Assembly (NCBI GenBank): GCA_965649765.1 | Contig: OZ287750.1 | Span: forward strand, 7,068,001 to 7,132,000 | Length of the DNA: 64,000 nt | Source: Bispira polyomma | Lineage: Eukaryota | Direction of reading: 5' to 3' | Shown: positions 59,724 through 64,000 of the stretch, in pieces | How the letters are laid out: the number at the start of each line of letters is the position of its first letter | How positions within the stretch are numbered: position 1 is the stretch's first letter | The notes under the pieces: model-generated | Databases searched by the model: none | What the model was told of the DNA's origin: nothing | The model's input: the letters and a program-made list of their open reading frames with translations, nothing else | Position numbers and translations under genes: made by a program

Positions 59724-59962
59724 AGGGCCCGTATTCTCGAATGTATACTCAGCTTAAACTCATACTCAACTCAAATATAGACCGTGCGGAAATCATTGTA
59801 CATGGAAATAACCTATACTTGTGGCCATTTATTTTAATAGAGCTTTTAACCCTGAATTCAAATATCAAGTCAGATTTTAGATAAAATCACTGTATGCAGA
59901 GTTATAGAGAATCCAGATTTGAGTTGAGTATGAGTTTAAGCTGAGTATACGTTCGAGAATAT
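59724..59962. mobile_element. Palindromic MITE with ~45-bp inverted arms
   Basis: TATTCTCGAATGTATACTCAGCTTAAACTCATACTCAACTCAAAT and its reverse complement; decayed relatives at ~24925-25110 and ~33995-34185. Confidence 0.8.
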
Positions 59963-60934
59963 TCATCAGTCTTTCTTCTGCATATGATATCTATGTAGTA
60001 TTAATTGGTGGTTTGTGTTTTAACTTATTAAAGTATCTGGATTTAGTTAGGTTAATTTAAAGCATGCTACATCACATGTATTTTTTATTTACATTATTGT
60101 CTATTTACACAAATGTGGTCAAAATATTGGTTTACATATATTTTTCAAATTGAACACTCTTATTTGTTTTAAATTTAAAATTGAATAATTATAAAACTAT
60201 AATTAAACATAATTTTAAATTACTATTTTATTAACTTAAGACTAAAGGTTATAAGGTACTAGTTTGTAAACCTTTCTTTTGATATTATTGTAACCAGTTA
60301 ACTGGCTTTTATAGCATCTAAATATCATTAAAGACTCAATCACATGTCTGTACAGGCCACACTAGCTTTGAAGGTAATATGATAATCAGATGAAAAGAAC
60401 CCTTTTCAAACCCTTCTTTTGATGTACCTAAAACTGTATAATGTGGCTTCTGTGTAAGGTAAATCTCATGGAAGACTCACAATTGCCTATATTGGATGCT
60501 GATATATGTGATACTTGTTAAAATTGTTAACTTCAAATACAATTACAGGTAAGTTGAGACGTGGCTTCTCAGTTTGAGAAATCCATTGTGCCAGATTATT
60601 GTTGCGCTTTAGAAGATGCCTAGCATCAATAAAGCACGTTAAAAATCTATAATAATAATAATTAAGAAGGTTCATAATAATCACTCATTAAATTTAAAGT
60701 TAGCCATTAATTGTAGTTATCACACACTGTTGTCTACAAATAAAGGCTGCTTGTCTGCTATTAATTCATTTAAGATTTGTACATGTACAAAATGGCTGAG
60801 TCAGTTGAACATAGATTCAAGCAAGATTGATACACTAAATTTAAGGTAACTAAGAAAAATTTTATTCCAAAAGATGAATATTTTTAAATGACCAAAATAA
60901 TAGCAGACATCAGTACTACCTCTTATCATAGTAA

Positions 60935-61157
60935 GTATTTTACAGTAGGGGACACAGTGGCAATTCCTATTCCATCTGTAGATAGAGGAAGAGGTGACCC
61001 AAGAAATTTGCTTGGGCGAGTAGCGTCCTATGACCAGGAAAATGACCTTTTCAAAATTGCTGTGAAATCAGGTGTCCTGAAGGGCAATTATGCCAGCTCT
61101 CAGTTTGAGCTTTGCACCCAAACTCTACTAAGTGAAAGTGTTATAAATCTTAGCTAA
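60935..61157 (+). pseudogene. Fragment of the C-terminal region of a Ginger2/KRBA2-like integrase-type transposase
   Basis: VGDTVAIPIPSVDRGRGDPRNLLG...KSGVLKGNY...QFELC resembles the region after the integrase core in this family. Recognised from memory; no search was run. Confidence 0.6.
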
Positions 61158-64000
61158 AATGCAACAGCAGGTGCCACTCTAGTTTATCCTGTAAAAATAA
61201 AAAATGAACTTACTATTATCAACCACTTATACATGTATATATTTTCTGTAATAATGTAATCAATTAATTGGTGTCATTTACTGCATGAAATATACCACAT
61301 GACATGCAATGTAGAAGAAAATGTCATTTATATGAGCAAATCTATTTCGAAAGACATTTTCAGGTGTAAATATATATTTTGAAGACTACTTGTAACATAT
61401 TGGTGTAATAAATTTAACGATATGTATAACATACACTTAGGATAGACAACATAGTGTAAATGTAATGTGCCTAAATAGATTGACCTAAATAAAGATGGAC
61501 TCTTTAATAACTTGTAAAATCACCACTACCACATAATGATACATCATATGGATAAAAAAAATTTACTATGGCTAGTTAATCATCACTTGAAGAATAATGA
61601 GACAATTCAGTAAATACATGAACTTATTGGAGCTAAAAACTAGTAAATATGCGTAGTTACTAAAATTTTCAGGGATTTACACGTATTTACTGACCAAATC
61701 AGTAAATACACGTATTTACTGAAAATTTCACATATTTTTCGTAACATATACATACAAAAACTGGCTGTATACACATGTATGTGTGAGTTCCACTTTAAAC
61801 AAAACTATATTAAATTATTGGTCTATAGTTACTCTTCATTAGTAGAGTTAATCAATGTACATGTATTTGTATTTCATTTTTTGAAGCACATAAATATAGG
61901 GTCTAGATGTTCTGCATGTTTATGTAACACCAAATAGCTCACTCCTGTAAGTGGTCTGCATATCTGTGCCAAAAGTTAACATATACAATAGGACTTAATC
62001 TATTAGAATTTAGCTCTTGACCTTCTATTGAAATGAAGAGCCACAATTTATGTACGTAGTATTCTTTCTTTCCATCTATAACAGCATTAACGAGAGAGTC
62101 TTTATCAGATTTCCCCTAGGTTATTTTAAATAAACTTTGGTTAATGGTATTTGATATGGTCCAAGTTTAGAAGGTGGTATTTAAGAGACTTGTCAAGACT
62201 ATATGGATTGAAATGTCTTGTAAGAGAAAAGTAGTTCGAACACTATGATAGATAAACATTTATTAGTCATACATAGAACTATGCAACATCGTGGTGTGAC
62301 CTTGGTTTCACCTTGGAACAATGACATCCACAATTAACAATCTTACCAAATGCGACAACTCAGAAACCAAGCGATAAAATAAGTTATATTTCAAAGGAAT
62401 ATTCATTAAGGGTTGCAGGTCTGCTAGTGTCATGTTGTGACCTTCATTTGACCTTAGACTACTTTCTTTGAAGTAAACACTAATACTGTTTCCCAGACTC
62501 TATTTCATGAATTGCTTGTCAGAGGAACCTTGCCTTGATCTTTCACCTTAGTGTATTTGATATTTAGTGCATTATCCCTGCATTTTGGAAGTCAAAGCAC
62601 TATAGTTTACCTATTTACATGCACAACATCAACACCTCTTATATTCCCCTAATAAAAGACAGAGGCGTGAAAATGACCATTTAATAGCATTTATCAATGT
62701 CACAAAGGGTATTTAGCCTACAACTGTGAATAGGATCCAATGACAGAGGACTTTGCCATTTTAAGTGGTCATCCTAGCCACTATATATCTGCCTTAAGCT
62801 ATGACCTTGGCCTTATAGATTTCTATCCTAACTACATGTATATAATATTTCAAGAATTGCTTTTCCCTTGGTGAAATTCATATCAGCATAAAGATTTATT
62901 GCGGTTTTCAATAGCCACCTGGAATACTGCAATTTTCTTTTGTTTGTTGTTTATAAATGTCAGATCAAAAAGTTACAGTCCAATTTGACACTTATAAACC
63001 ACAGAGCTATCTGTATAGGCTAATCTTCTGTCTTGACATCAGAACTGATGTTACTTTTTGCCTCAATAAATTACAGTCTCCAACATCATTATAGAATTCT
63101 CTTCAAAATCCATGCCACAACCTTCGAGGCTGTGGTTCTTTACCATACTTACCCAGCTGCTCTTTTATCTTTCAGTAACCTTGAAAAGAGGTAATAGACT
63201 TTTCTTTCTTTTTTTTTAGACCAAAAGGCTTTTCAGTGGCCACCCCGTCCCCATGTTATGGACCAACCTTCTAGTTGGGCTTAGAACGCTCTTTGTTTTC
63301 ACGAGAAAAATTAAGTCCTATCTTTTTAAACTTGATTACCAACCCTAGATTGTTTCATGATCACATCACGCTGCATCATTCTTTACAACTTGGTCATGTT
63401 ATTTTTGGACTTTTGTGCTTTTGAAACTGTTTCATCATCATACCACTGCTCTAAGTTTCATACAATTTATAGCTTTATAGAAATGTTACCAACATTTAAA
63501 CCAACGTAAATCATAATGTCAGTTATCAATTACATGTTACTTATTTATTCAGTAAGAAGTTAACAAACTAACACAAAATCCTATATATATGTAGAACGTA
63601 TACACAGAATTTTTCACAAGGAATTCCATTAACTAAATAAAGCAAAAAGATTGGTTGAAAATTTAAATTTTGTATACTGGTATATTTTATATGTCAGATA
63701 GATGTCGGATAGTTCAAATAAATTTGAGCAAATTCCAGTTCTAGGAATTATAAAATAGTGAAATTTTCTTCCAGCCAAATTTTACAATGTTACATGTGAA
63801 ACATTATATATGTGGGTTTATATTTTACATATTATGACAGATGACATCATCAGTCCTCACTTTTTGTAGACGTATGTTCCTTCTTCTACAGATAAATTAC
63901 TGATTACATGTAGAATTTTTAAGTTTCTTTGTTTTGTGACACACTAATCTGAAACATGCCAAGAACCCTTGTATTTTTATGAGCTGTTTACCTTACTTTT

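Noticed and set aside
62860-63470. Possible decayed coding sequence on the minus strand
   Set aside because: Only short open stretches with stops and no motif I can assign.

Overview
This is AT-rich, CpG-depleted, intron- and repeat-rich invertebrate animal DNA. The SINE and MITE types suggest a mollusc, but that is inference. Three host genes can be spliced by hand across canonical GT-AG junctions. (1) The last four coding exons of a probably GPI-anchored matrix metalloproteinase (+, 631-4784). (2) A complete five-exon polynucleotide kinase/3'-phosphatase-like gene that lacks the FHA domain (-, 16838-9924, 413 aa). (3) A complete 15-exon ENOSF1/L-fuconate dehydratase gene (+, 18747-40329), head-to-head with the PNKP-like gene. 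The rest is mobile and repeated DNA: L2/CR1-type LINE pieces, a solo LTR with a 5-bp target-site duplication (TSD), a Helitron-type element carrying a ~140-bp satellite, a decayed two-ORF PIF/Harbinger transposon with minisatellites, DIRS-type recombinase and Ginger-type integrase relics, MITEs and tRNA-derived SINEs. Three signals stand out. The first is a twice-repeated ~195-nt non-coding element that folds into a long rod with two candidate pseudoknots (54885-55076, 56935-57130). The second is recurrent tandem duplication of splice junctions in all three genes. The third is a triplicated 25-mer antisense to the Harbinger accessory ORF. All coordinates were read by eye and repeat boundaries are approximate.
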